Assembly (NCBI GenBank): GCA_027031935.1
Contig: JALVPF010000125.1
Location: 1 to 47,459, forward strand
DNA: 47,459 bases
Reading direction: 5' to 3'
Source: Myxococcales bacterium
GTDB taxonomy: Bacteria > Myxococcota > B64-G9
Shown one piece after another: positions 9,290 to 18,070 of this stretch (position 1 is the first letter of the stretch; each line of letters starts with the position of its first letter). Below the pieces are notes generated by a model. The model did not search any database and was not told where the DNA came from. It saw nothing but the letters and a program-made list of their open reading frames with translations. The position numbers and the translations under genes were made by a program.

Positions 9290-10045
9290 TCAGGCCTTGT
9301 CTTCTGACATTTCCTCCAGGGACTTGGCGTAGTAAAGTATCCGGTGACAGAAAGGACAGGTCACTATCTGTTCGCCTCTCAGGACCGTGTTGTATTGCTG
9401 CGGGGGTATTCCCATGTAGCATCCCTGGCAGTGCTCATCCAGGACGGGAACAACGGCGACACCGTCTCTGCGTTTCCTTATGCTGTCGTATTGAGCCAGC
9501 CATCTTCTGTCGATCTGCCCAAGTGATTCAGCGCGTGTCGACTCCTCTTTTGCTATATCCGCGTTGAGGGAGTCCAGCTTCTTTTTTAGCTCTGTTCTCT
9601 CTTCCAGGAGTGACTTTTCCGACTCGTTCAGATCTTCTTCCTTTTGGGAGACACTGGTCTTGAGATCTTCTATGTCCTGCATTTTTCTCAAAATCTCGTC
9701 TTCTATGCCAAGGTTGGCTTTTCTGGCAGCCTCGATTTCCCTGGACAGTGCCTGGTAGTCCCTGTTGGATTTTATTTCATTCAGCCTTGCTTCCCATTTC
9801 TTGATTTTTTCCTTTTCGGCTTTCAGATCGCTTTCCAGCATCCTTCTTGCCAACTCGACCTCAGCTAACTGATTTTTTTCCTCTGACAACTCATGGTGTT
9901 TTTCTTCCAGGAGTTTGTCGATCTCCTTCATCCTTGCAGGAATTTGCTGACGGTCTTTCTCCAGGTCGCGGATACGAACGTCTATCTCTTGCAAAGCCAC
10001 TAGCGCCTTAAGCGTTTGCAATGCGGTCACTGTTGGTGCCTCCAT
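9290..10045 (-). CDS. Coiled-coil protein with a C-terminal C4 zinc ribbon (COG1579/DUF164-like)
   Basis: 251 aa. It has a long heptad-rich region, then CQGCYMGIPPQ...TCPFCHRILYY (two CxxC pairs). Confidence 0.75.
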   Translation of the reverse strand: MEAPTVTALQTLKALVALQEIDVRIRDLEKDRQQIPARMKEIDKLLEEKHHELSEEKNQLAEVELARRMLESDLKAEKEKIKKWEARLNEIKSNRDYQALSREIEAARKANLGIEDEILRKMQDIEDLKTSVSQKEEDLNESEKSLLEERTELKKKLDSLNADIAKEESTRAESLGQIDRRWLAQYDSIRKRRDGVAVVPVLDEHCQGCYMGIPPQQYNTVLRGEQIVTCPFCHRILYYAKSLEEMSEDKA

Positions 10046-10054
10046 TTACCTGTC

Positions 10055-10189
10055 TCCCCCTGATTTTCCACCTTGCTTGCGATCTCTGTGGCTATGAAGC
10101 AGAAGTTGTCCCCGGGGTAGGACGCCTTCTTGCATCTTTGTGACCTCACAAGCGATCTGGGAAATCTGATTACAGGGGGTGGGAGATTT
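10055..10189 (-). repeat. Rod-hairpin repeat family 2, copy L (5' UTR side of the 9290-10045 gene)
   Basis: Positions 10129-10171 are the exact reverse complement of 10432-10474 (43 nt). Positions 10062-10090 match 10529-10557 in reverse complement, 27 of 29 nt. The internal arms are self-complementary. Confidence 0.85.
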
Positions 10190-10203
10190 GTGATCCCCGT
10201 GGG

Positions 10204-10236
10204 AAATAAAAAAAGCGCCCGGTTTATACCGAGCGC
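10204..10236 (-). terminator. Intrinsic (Rho-independent) terminator
   Basis: The minus strand reads GCGCTCGG-TATAAA-CCGGGCGC (8-bp stem including one G.U pair, 6-nt loop), followed by TTTTTTTATTT. Confidence 0.6.
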
Positions 10237-10321
10237 GTCTAGATGACAATCTGGATGGCTGTTTTTATGGTCGCCCCCCATTTTGAAAGAAGAAGGACGT
10301 GTGCCTACGCCGTAAAACATG
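10208..10321 (-). ncRNA. Candidate small RNA or leader of about 110 nt, bounded by a promoter-like site and a terminator. No known family recognised.
   Basis: It is bounded by the TTGACA-17-TAGCTT site (10356-10328) and the terminator at 10236-10204. The only reading frame runs through the terminator with no stop, so it is unlikely to be coding. Confidence 0.3.
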
Positions 10322-10327
10322 ATGCGC

Positions 10328-10356
10328 AAGCTACCCGTTGATGAATGAGGTGTCAA
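10328..10356 (-). promoter_or_regulatory. Sigma-70-like promoter
   Basis: The minus strand reads TTGACA (10356-10351), a 17-nt spacer, then TAGCTT (10333-10328). The -35 is perfect. The -10 keeps T1, A2 and T6. Confidence 0.35.
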
Positions 10357-10413
10357 TAGAAAAAATACATGTTTGGGTTTTCTACAGAGTATTTCAATTA
10401 GGCTATGGGTCCT

Positions 10414-10566
10414 AAATCTCCCACATTACTGAATCAGATTTCCCAGATCGCTTGTGAGGTCACAAAGATGCAAGGAATCGTCCGCAGTCGTGGATTCACC
10501 ACGTCGAGGACAGATTCCGAAGCATCGACACAGAGATCGCAAGCGAGGTGGGAAATCCTGGGGGTG
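10414..10566 (+). repeat. Rod-hairpin repeat family 2, copy R
   Basis: See copy L. GATTTCCCA pairs with TGGGAAATC and TCGCTTGTGA pairs with TCGCAAGCGA to form a closing stem. Inner helices are GATGC/GCATC, GGAATC/GATTCC, GTCC/GGAC and CGTGG/CCACG. Confidence 0.85.
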
Positions 10567-10605
10567 TTGTTTTTAGGCAAGGGGAAACAGGAGGTTTTGG
10601 AAAAA

Positions 10606-10678
10606 TGGGCCCACCAGGATTCGAACCTGGGACCGACCGGTTATGAGCCGGCAGCTCTAGCCGCTGAGCCATGGGCCC
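10606..10678 (-). tRNA. tRNA with a CAT anticodon (elongator Met or lysidine-modified Ile2, not an initiator)
   Basis: A 73-nt cloverleaf folded by hand: acceptor GGGCCCA/TGGGCCC, D arm GCTC/GAGC, anticodon stem GCCGG/CCGGT with loop CTCATAA, T arm CCAGG-TTCGAAT-CCTGG, discriminator A. No CCA is encoded. It lacks the initiator's 3 G-C anticodon-stem pairs and the 1:72 mismatch. Confidence 0.9.
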
Positions 10679-10685
10679 TTTCAAA

Positions 10686-12899
10686 CTACTCGCCGTCTAC
10701 AAAAGAACGCAACCTCTTGGATCGGGATGGATGGCGCAATTTGCGAAGCGCTTTTGCTTCTATCTGCCTGATCCTCTCCCTTGTCACTTCAAAATCCTGA
10801 CCAACCTCTTCCAGCGTATGATCGGATTTTTCTCCAATTCCAAACCTCATCCGCAGAACTTTTTCTTCACGCGGTGACAAGGTGGCCAATACTTTACGCG
10901 TTTGTTCAGAAAGGTTCAAGTTCATTACCGCTTCTGAAGGTGACGTGACCGCCTTGTCCTCGATGAAATCGCCTAGGTGACTGTCTTCCTCCTCGCCGAT
11001 GGGTGTTTCCAGCGAAATTGGTTCTTTGGCGATTTTAAGCACTTTTCTGACTTTTTCCAGTGGAAGTTCCATTTTTTCTGCAATTTCTTCCGGAGTGGGC
11101 TCTCTGCCGATCTCCTGGACGAGATACCTTGAGGTTCGAATCAGCTTGTTGATGGTCTCGATCATGTGAACCGGAATTCTGATGGTTCTGGCCTGGTCTG
11201 CTATGGCTCTCGTGATCGCCTGGCGGATCCACCAGGTAGCATAGGTCGAGAACTTGTATCCCCTTCTGTATTCAAACTTGTCCACTGCCTTCATCAAGCC
11301 GATATTGCCCTCCTGGATCAGGTCCAGAAATTGCAAGCCACGGTTCGTATATTTTTTAGCTATGGATACCACCAGCCTGAGGTTCGCCTCCACCAACTCG
11401 CTCTTTGCCCGTTCGGCTTTTTTTTCACCTTCCAGTATGGAGTGGTAGGTGTTTCTCAAGGCATCTACGGACATGCCTGCTTCTTCTTCCACGCGTTGAC
11501 GTTTTTTATATGAGCTTTTGATCAGCCGATCCATCTCCATGAATTCGTCTTTTCGAATACCCAGTTTTCTGGCCAGGCGGGTCTCTTTCTCTCGAGAAGA
11601 ACGAACATCGCGAATAGCCTTTTTCAGTTCCTTCAGGTTCATGCCGGTGCGGCGTTCGCAGGCAGCAATGTCTCCAGCAGCACGATCCACCTGCTGAATC
11701 AAGGCCTTGAACCTGTATACGATGTTGTCGATTTGTTGTTTGACCAGCCTTATGTCCTCCAGGGCTTCAACCATTTTTTCCCTGTTTTCCAGGATGGTCT
11801 TTTTTAGTGATTCTCTTTTGTTGGCAGATAGCTTCTTAGAGTGAAGCTGGTTGGTGAGTCTTTCGTTCACCACCTGAAGTTTTCGAATTTTATCGATCTG
11901 CGAGATAACCCTAAGGGTGGCTTTTTCCTCGTCCGCTTCACCCAGCTCTTCATCGAAATCCTTCAGGACTTCTTTGGCCCGGACCTTACCCTTGCGTAGC
12001 CGTTCCGCCAGGTTCTGAATCTCGCTCATTGCCAAGGGAGACTCGAGAACCACACGCATGACCTCTTTTTCCCCCTCCTCGATGCGCTTTGCTATTTCTA
12101 CCTCACCCTCTCTGGTCAGCAGGGAAACAGAGCCCATCTTTCTGAGGTACATACGCACAGGATCGCTGGTCTTGGAACCACCCGAATCTCCGTAAGTGTC
12201 CTTGGCCGGTTTTGCCCTGGCCGCTTTTTTAGCTTCGGCTACGGCCGGGTTGTCATCCACCACGTCGATCTCTTCGTCTCCGAGAAAAGATACTAGCCCA
12301 TCCAGGTGATCGGCTGTGACTATGTCATCGGGAAGGCTGTCGTTGATTTCGGGCAAGGTGACAAAACCCTGGTCCTTGCCTTTGAGTAAAAGATCCTGGA
12401 TCTCTTTTCTGTCCTTGGAGTCCTGGAAAACCGACTCCGGCAGAATTTCCTCAGCCTTCGCTGAAAGTTGTTGTTCGTGGACTCTCATGAACGGTTTCGA
12501 GTATGGTCGCCGTACTTTTTGTTTGTTCACTGGTCCTGATGTCTCCAATTTCGGCTTGGGTTTGTTTGCAACAGCCTTTGATTTCATCTTGCTCTTGGTT
12601 TTCTTCCCGGATTGGACCTTGGTCCTGGTACTTTTTACCTTGGGACGGGACTTGGGTTTTATCGCTTTTTTAGAAGCCTTCGCTCCTTTTGTGCGACTGG
12701 ATTTCACCCGTCCTTTTGTGGTGACTGCCTTTTTCTTCTTGGTCTTGCTCCTGGAAGAAGAACTCTTGGATTTAAGGGCCTTTTTTCCTGCCATGCCAAC
12801 CTCTCCAAACAGCTTATTGCGTAATCCCTTGATTAGACCACCAATGACGGAATCGTCCGATTTTTTCCCTTTGGCTCCTTCGACCCTTCTGTCGCTCAT
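10686..12899 (-). CDS. rpoD: RNA polymerase primary sigma factor RpoD (sigma-70) with a long basic N-terminal extension
   Basis: Regions 2-4 are canonical: [60 protein letters not shown] and [30 protein letters not shown]. The track start at 12920 is TTG. ATG 12899 has GGAG 5 nt upstream. Confidence 0.95.
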   Translation of the reverse strand: MSDRRVEGAKGKKSDDSVIGGLIKGLRNKLFGEVGMAGKKALKSKSSSSRSKTKKKKAVTTKGRVKSSRTKGAKASKKAIKPKSRPKVKSTRTKVQSGKKTKSKMKSKAVANKPKPKLETSGPVNKQKVRRPYSKPFMRVHEQQLSAKAEEILPESVFQDSKDRKEIQDLLLKGKDQGFVTLPEINDSLPDDIVTADHLDGLVSFLGDEEIDVVDDNPAVAEAKKAARAKPAKDTYGDSGGSKTSDPVRMYLRKMGSVSLLTREGEVEIAKRIEEGEKEVMRVVLESPLAMSEIQNLAERLRKGKVRAKEVLKDFDEELGEADEEKATLRVISQIDKIRKLQVVNERLTNQLHSKKLSANKRESLKKTILENREKMVEALEDIRLVKQQIDNIVYRFKALIQQVDRAAGDIAACERRTGMNLKELKKAIRDVRSSREKETRLARKLGIRKDEFMEMDRLIKSSYKKRQRVEEEAGMSVDALRNTYHSILEGEKKAERAKSELVEANLRLVVSIAKKYTNRGLQFLDLIQEGNIGLMKAVDKFEYRRGYKFSTYATWWIRQAITRAIADQARTIRIPVHMIETINKLIRTSRYLVQEIGREPTPEEIAEKMELPLEKVRKVLKIAKEPISLETPIGEEEDSHLGDFIEDKAVTSPSEAVMNLNLSEQTRKVLATLSPREEKVLRMRFGIGEKSDHTLEEVGQDFEVTRERIRQIEAKALRKLRHPSRSKRLRSFVDGE

Positions 12900-12928
12900 G
12901 GTGACTCCGCCGTATCTCAAGCAGCCGT

Positions 12929-14719
12929 TCAGTGCAAGATCTTGACGGGTAGACCCAGAGCCTGGATCTCCCGGTCCAATGATAACTTGGCAGACCGCAA
13001 GGCTCTGATCTCCTCAGACTTGTCCATTCGGCTGGATTTCTCTATTCTGGCCAGGAGCGCAGTCCGCTGCTCCTGAAGTGAAGCGAGGCGAAGTTTACGA
13101 ATGATCAGGTCCAAGGTTTCCTCGTTTGTATCAAACGACTGCTCCATTTCATCGGACCTTGCCATCTTCGCCCACAGCCACTGTCTGTCTCCATCATCGG
13201 GAACATCTTCCAAAAGGCGAGAAACAGACGCACCCGGGTCACGTGCAATACTTTTGACCAGTGTCAGAACATACTCTGTGCGTATGTCCATGTCAGCGTT
13301 TCGTTCATAAACCTTTTTTGCCAGCTCCGGGTGGTTGAGTAGCAGTGACACGAGTTGAAGTTCCACTTTCGAGGCTGAAATCTTCAGCTGCTTCTCCGCT
13401 TGCCTTTCTTGCAGCGCCTCTGGAGACGAACCCTTGCTGAGAGCCGCTGCTGAACGTATGTGTACCTCGGAGAGCTGAAATTTTTCGGAGAGCAGTCGGA
13501 TGTAAGCCCCTTTTCGCACCTGGTCCGTACACGCCTGAACCATGGGCATGAGGCGTTTGACAGCCCTGGTCCTGGCTTCTACATCCGAGCCTGCACTCTC
13601 TATCAATTTGTCGGACAAGACCTCTATGGAAGGTCTGGCCTTTTCCACCAACTGCTCCATGGCCTCGGTCCCGAATTTGCGCACGAAGGTGTCCGGGTCC
13701 TCTCCTTCCGGAAGCGACACCATGTAAGGTGAAATGTCCTGTTCCAAAAGAATTTCCGCAGATTTATAAGATGCCTTGTACCCTGCGGTGTCAGCATCGA
13801 ACATGGTTATCACCTTGTCGCAAAATCGTCTCAGCAACCTGGCATGTCCCACGGTAAGAGCAGTGCCACATGTGGCTACAGCCTCCTGTATACCTGCCGA
13901 GACCATGGATAGCACATCGAAGTAACCTTCCACCAATACGGCCCTGTTCTTTTGCTGAATACTCTGACGGGCCTGGAGCAAACCGTACAATATTCCGCTT
14001 TTGTCAAACACCAGACCCTGGCCGGAATTGATGTACTTTCCGCCTTGGTCCCCTGGATCGAGCTTGCGAGCCCCAAACCCGTGTACCGCATCGTCAAGGG
14101 CCTTGATCGGAAAAATAAGCCTGTTGCGAAACACGTCATACGGACCCCGCCTGCCTTTGAGCACTAGACCGGCCTTCATGGCATCTTCCACCGATGCACC
14201 AAGTTGTCCCAACTTGTCAGTCAAGGCCTGCCAACCTCCGGGTGCATATCCAAGTTGGTATCTCCTTACGATTTCTTCCTGTAGCTGCCGCTGGTTCAGA
14301 TATGCTAAAGCTTCTTTTCCCTCCGGGCTCCATAAACGCTCTTCGTAAAACCTCGCGGCGCCTTGCAGGATGTTCAACACGGCCTGCTTTTGCTCGCGCT
14401 GACGAGGTGAAGGCATACGGAGAGCAGGGAGTTGCACACCAGCCCTGGCTGCCAGTTCCTGCAGCGCTTCCGGGAATGTCTTTCCTTCCATTCTCATGAG
14501 AAATGTAAAAACATCCCCGGATGCCTTGCATCCAAAACAATGGAAAAAGCCCTTTTGTGGATTGACGGAAAAAGAAGGAGTCTTTTCTGCATGGAATGGG
14601 CAAAGCCCAACATACCTGCTCCCAACTTTTTTCAGCTTCAGATAGCGTCCCACCAACTCGACGATGTCAGTGCGGGCCCTGACTGTCTCGATCGCTTCGT
14701 CGCGACCAGTTAGAACCAT
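12929..14719 (-). CDS. dnaG: DNA primase
   Basis: It has the CHC2 zinc finger [32 protein letters not shown] and the Toprim region VLVEGYFDV...MFDADTAG. Confidence 0.95.
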   Translation of the reverse strand: MVLTGRDEAIETVRARTDIVELVGRYLKLKKVGSRYVGLCPFHAEKTPSFSVNPQKGFFHCFGCKASGDVFTFLMRMEGKTFPEALQELAARAGVQLPALRMPSPRQREQKQAVLNILQGAARFYEERLWSPEGKEALAYLNQRQLQEEIVRRYQLGYAPGGWQALTDKLGQLGASVEDAMKAGLVLKGRRGPYDVFRNRLIFPIKALDDAVHGFGARKLDPGDQGGKYINSGQGLVFDKSGILYGLLQARQSIQQKNRAVLVEGYFDVLSMVSAGIQEAVATCGTALTVGHARLLRRFCDKVITMFDADTAGYKASYKSAEILLEQDISPYMVSLPEGEDPDTFVRKFGTEAMEQLVEKARPSIEVLSDKLIESAGSDVEARTRAVKRLMPMVQACTDQVRKGAYIRLLSEKFQLSEVHIRSAAALSKGSSPEALQERQAEKQLKISASKVELQLVSLLLNHPELAKKVYERNADMDIRTEYVLTLVKSIARDPGASVSRLLEDVPDDGDRQWLWAKMARSDEMEQSFDTNEETLDLIIRKLRLASLQEQRTALLARIEKSSRMDKSEEIRALRSAKLSLDREIQALGLPVKILH

Positions 14720-14829
14720 CGAATTCTCCGGGGCTTGTACATCACTTTTGGCCCCTCGCCCTGGGTATCGCCTACCAGTGTTTATGGCGTAGTTCTTTTC
14801 CGAACACCACCAAAGAGCATTTTTCCTTG

Positions 14830-15024
14830 TTAGTTGTGTTTGCGCATTTTTTTCATCATGCGCTTTTTAGCTGCCAGCGCCTTCTTCTTTTTTCTGACGC
14901 TGGGCTTTTCGTAATGCTCCCGCTTGCGGATTTCGGACAGAATGCCCGCCTTCTCACATTGTTTTTTAAAGCGCTTCAACGCGCTTTCGAAGGATTCACC
15001 TTCACGAACTTTAACACCTGGCAT
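14830..15024 (-). CDS. rpsU: 30S ribosomal protein S21
   Basis: [42 protein letters not shown] is a textbook S21. It is the first gene of the rpsU-dnaG-rpoD operon. Confidence 0.95.
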   Translation of the reverse strand: MPGVKVREGESFESALKRFKKQCEKAGILSEIRKREHYEKPSVRKKKKALAAKKRMMKKMRKHN

Positions 15025-15105
15025 ACAGCGATCACCCCCTTTCGAGAGGGATAGCGGATTGCAGAGGGACTTGGAGCCACAGCCCTGCTGTCCGCGAAGG
15101 ATGCT

Positions 15106-15133
15106 ATTATAGGGATTGAATGGTGGCTGTCAA
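15106..15133 (-). promoter_or_regulatory. Consensus sigma-70 promoter of the rpsU-dnaG-rpoD operon
   Basis: The minus strand reads TTGACA (15133-15128), a 16-nt spacer, then TATAAT (15111-15106). This is about 80 nt upstream of the rpsU ATG. Confidence 0.55.
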
Positions 15134-15280
15134 GTTGCATTTACACTGATTTTGGAACCGCTTTTCCTCCTGGGGCAACATCTCGCCTGCTTTTGTTGTT
15201 TGACATCTTGTACCCGAGGTTGGTAATTAGGTTTTATTGGTTGTTTTCGTCATTAAAACATGGTTTCGAAGGAGGAACAG

Positions 15281-15712
15281 ATGGGTTGGCTGCTTTGGGT
15301 ACGGCTCCTTAGCCTCTTGTTGTTGGGTGTGCTCGGTGCGGCTTCAGTAATAGTCAAGACGAAACCGGATGCCAAGGAACTCGTAGACAAACTGGTGAAA
15401 TTTTCAGGTATTATCGGTGTGTTGGCTGTTTTCTGGGGAGCTTGGGACCTCATAAAGGCACTGCTATTCATGAGTTTGTTGGGATCCATGCCAGTGGTGT
15501 GGTTGATGTGGTTATTGACCTGTGCGGTGGAGATAGGACTTGGCTTTGTGTTTGGATGGGGTATGGTTACTTCTCATCTGAATGACGAGACGAGAAAAAA
15601 GGGCGAGGAGTTCAGAAAAAAACTCCTTCGTTACCAGATAACTCTCGGGTGGTTGTCTTTCGTTCTTGCCGCATGGTGGGTGCTGGTTGGAATGGGCCTT
15701 ATTCGGTTTTGA
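15281..15712 (+). CDS. Small integral membrane protein (about 4 TM segments), unknown function
   Basis: It has hydrophobic segments and no recognised motif. ATG 15281 is preceded by AGGAGG. The track start at 15260 lacks an SD. Confidence 0.5.
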   Translation: MGWLLWVRLLSLLLLGVLGAASVIVKTKPDAKELVDKLVKFSGIIGVLAVFWGAWDLIKALLFMSLLGSMPVVWLMWLLTCAVEIGLGFVFGWGMVTSHLNDETRKKGEEFRKKLLRYQITLGWLSFVLAAWWVLVGMGLIRF

Positions 15713-15719
15713 TTGAAAT

Positions 15720-16436
15720 ATGAATAACCTGGCTTCCTTATCTGTTTTTTTCCTTATCTTGTCCGGACCTGCCTTGCAGGCCGTGGCAAGTTCCAGTAAA
15801 TCCATCGCCATCATTCCTGATCCGTCCTGTCGCACCAACAAACTGGACGTAGAAGTGGAACAGACCCTTGGAGACAACCTCAAGGCACCAGGACTGAAGA
15901 TACTGAGGGGAAACGCAACCAGAGCCTTTTTGGTTCTTCAATACGTGCTCAGAGTCCAACCCAAGGACCAGGGGATAATAGTTCAGCTCGATGGGGAGGT
16001 CGTCGGCAACAGGAACAACAAGCTCTATGCTGAGGGATCGGTGCGCTCGGATACTTTTTCAGATGATGAAAACGGCAGGATTCAAGCAGCCAGACAAGCT
16101 GGCAGGAGATTGGGTCAGGCATTGTCTGATGGGCTGGTAAATAGCATGGCCATGAGTTCCCGAGGCAGGCGGGTCCTGGTTCAGGTGACCCTCGATGGTT
16201 CGGCCATACGGATGAGACAGCAGGTGATCGATGAGTTCAAGAAGACTTTTGCTTCCATGTCCTTACGAATCCGACCCAGCACGGAGAAAAGTCTCATGAT
16301 GACCTTGATGAGTTCAGAATCCACCAAAGACCTAGCCTCCTTGATCGAAAAATCCCTGTCAAGGCATGGTGGTATGCATGTGGTCTGGCAGGTCAAGACC
16401 AAACCGGCACTGATGTTGAAAATTACAGGAAATTGA
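15720..16436 (+). CDS. Secreted hypothetical protein
   Basis: 238 aa. The N-terminus MNNLASLSVFFLILSGPALQAVA is a signal peptide. No recognised domain. Confidence 0.5.
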   Translation: MNNLASLSVFFLILSGPALQAVASSSKSIAIIPDPSCRTNKLDVEVEQTLGDNLKAPGLKILRGNATRAFLVLQYVLRVQPKDQGIIVQLDGEVVGNRNNKLYAEGSVRSDTFSDDENGRIQAARQAGRRLGQALSDGLVNSMAMSSRGRRVLVQVTLDGSAIRMRQQVIDEFKKTFASMSLRIRPSTEKSLMMTLMSSESTKDLASLIEKSLSRHGGMHVVWQVKTKPALMLKITGN

Positions 16437-16442
16437 CGACAG

Positions 16443-16991
16443 CTAGTTTCTTTTGCCGGGCCAGCCCATGAGCAGCAATAACAATCCTGACAGCAAGGTC
16501 ACTTGAGGCTCTGTGCGGGCCGTTGAACATCCGCCTTCGGATGGCTTTTTTATTTTGACTCGTCTGTTGGCTTTGCTTTTTTTGATGACGGGGGGAGGAA
16601 CTTTTCCGTCTTTATCGGGAATCTCGATTTTTATCTGGCGGGAGTAATCGGAGATGTTTCCATCTGTATCCACGGCACAGACAGAAAAAAACCACGTGCC
16701 CGGAGCAAGTCCTGTGGCGACATGTTGGGTATTGCGACCCGCGTTCAGCACTTTTTCATAAGCAAATGTTCCATCACCAGGATGGCTTACATGGGCAGGT
16801 CTGGGAGTGCGCCCCAGATACAGAAGGTAATGACTGATGCTGTCTTTTGCACCGCTTACATCTTTCTCAACCGGCTTCCATGTAGCTTTTACGTCTGTGG
16901 CCATGGCGCATGGGGACAGCGTCAGCATGAACGTCAGAACGCAGGGCCATATGGCAGCCCATGGGGCGATTTGTGATTGCTGAAACTTCAT
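16443..16991 (-). CDS. Secreted FN3-like protein with a C-terminal GGCS + hydrophobic + basic sorting-type tail (MYXO-CTERM-like)
   Basis: It has a signal peptide (ALSPCAMA), a beta-rich FN3-like core (GLAPGTWFFSVCAVDTDGNISDYS), a basic linker, then SEGGCSTARTEPQVTLLSGLLLLLMGWPGKRN. Its start overlaps the upstream stop as ATGA. Confidence 0.6.
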   Translation of the reverse strand: MKFQQSQIAPWAAIWPCVLTFMLTLSPCAMATDVKATWKPVEKDVSGAKDSISHYLLYLGRTPRPAHVSHPGDGTFAYEKVLNAGRNTQHVATGLAPGTWFFSVCAVDTDGNISDYSRQIKIEIPDKDGKVPPPVIKKSKANRRVKIKKPSEGGCSTARTEPQVTLLSGLLLLLMGWPGKRN

Positions 16992-18070
16992 GGATTCTGG
17001 TCTCCTTGCTCTTCAGGAGCAGAAATCTTCTCCGACTCGCTTTTTATTGGATCAGTCGACTGATGGGATTGTGGTTTGGATTCTTCATCCAAAGAGGGAT
17101 GGAGAAACTGGCTGCTGTCGACAGCAAAGGCACCTAAATAAACCTTGTATAACGGCCTTTGAGACGCTGCTATGCCAATTGCTCTTCCCACCTCGATGTG
17201 TTTGCCCGTCTTCACAGTGCTTGTTTTTATGTCACAAATTGTCGCTCGCATATCACAGGCAGTGGTGATCTCTACGCACACTCCTCCGTCGTTCTGACCG
17301 GAAAAGCTTACAGTGCCTGACACGGGTGCAAGAATCTTTTCTCCCGGTGAGGTTGCCAGACGAATGCCTGCTCCCTGTCGCATTTGAACATCATGGTCTG
17401 CCACAGGCCACCTGGCGTCCAGGGCCGAGGCAAGACCAAGAACCGAGCACAATTTCTGTTCAGCTTTTTGCTTGTAATACGCCAGCAGAGAAATCCTCAT
17501 GGCATGCAGAAAGGAACGCGCAGAACCGCTGGAAAATTTTGCAACTCTCGCTGCTCTTTCAGGTCCTGTTTCGGAAGCTATTATCGCTGCGAGATGACTG
17601 GATGTCCGGCGGACGAGCTTACCAAGATGATTCGTCATCCTGGTGGTGCTTCGCAAACCGGTATCCTTTTTTCCGACAGTGGTGTCAGTGGGAGTTTCAC
17701 CGGGGATAGTCGCCCAGAAAAAGCCGTTTTCGTCAACTTCTCCCTTGCTCCAAATGGCCAGATAGGCCTTCAGTATGGAAAATGGAATATGGTTATTTTG
17801 GGCAAGTTCATGGAGCTTGGCATCGGATCTATGTTCTCGTTGGACCTGGAACAACGTAACCACTGTCTTGCCTGCTGCGTCTGTAGGGATCTGGGGTGCC
17901 GTGGGTGGTGTAAATATCTTGGCCAGAAGGGCGGAGCGATGGGTGATGGTCTTGCCTTCTGCAGCTGCTGAAAGGTTTGCAATGCCTGAAAGAAACGGCA
18001 CCTGTATCGCAAGGGCCGAGACAGCCAAGAATGTACACAAGAATGCAAGAAGGCCCTTTTTCCTGTTCAC
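16988..18070 (-). CDS. Secreted LytM/M23-fold protein lacking the metal ligands (degenerate LytM factor)
   Basis: GIRLATSPGEKILAPVSGTVSFSGQNDGGVCVEITTACDMRATICDIKTSTVKTGKHIEVGRAIGIAAS follows the M23 beta-fold spacing. The HxxxD and HxH positions are not His or Asp. It has a signal peptide. The GTG start overlaps the TPR gene stop. Confidence 0.55.
   Translation of the reverse strand: MNRKKGLLAFLCTFLAVSALAIQVPFLSGIANLSAAAEGKTITHRSALLAKIFTPPTAPQIPTDAAGKTVVTLFQVQREHRSDAKLHELAQNNHIPFSILKAYLAIWSKGEVDENGFFWATIPGETPTDTTVGKKDTGLRSTTRMTNHLGKLVRRTSSHLAAIIASETGPERAARVAKFSSGSARSFLHAMRISLLAYYKQKAEQKLCSVLGLASALDARWPVADHDVQMRQGAGIRLATSPGEKILAPVSGTVSFSGQNDGGVCVEITTACDMRATICDIKTSTVKTGKHIEVGRAIGIAASQRPLYKVYLGAFAVDSSQFLHPSLDEESKPQSHQSTDPIKSESEKISAPEEQGDQNP

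Noticed and set aside
10027-10800. ORFs 10027-10356 (minus), 10046-10249 (minus) and 10405-10800 (plus)
   Set aside because: They run through the hairpin repeats, the terminator and the antisense of the tRNA. The shared peptide NQISQIACEVTKMQ is just the 43-nt repeat core translated.
15200-15229. TTGACA-18-TAATTA upstream of the 15281 membrane-protein gene
   Set aside because: The spacer is long and the -10 lacks the final T. It is too weak to call.
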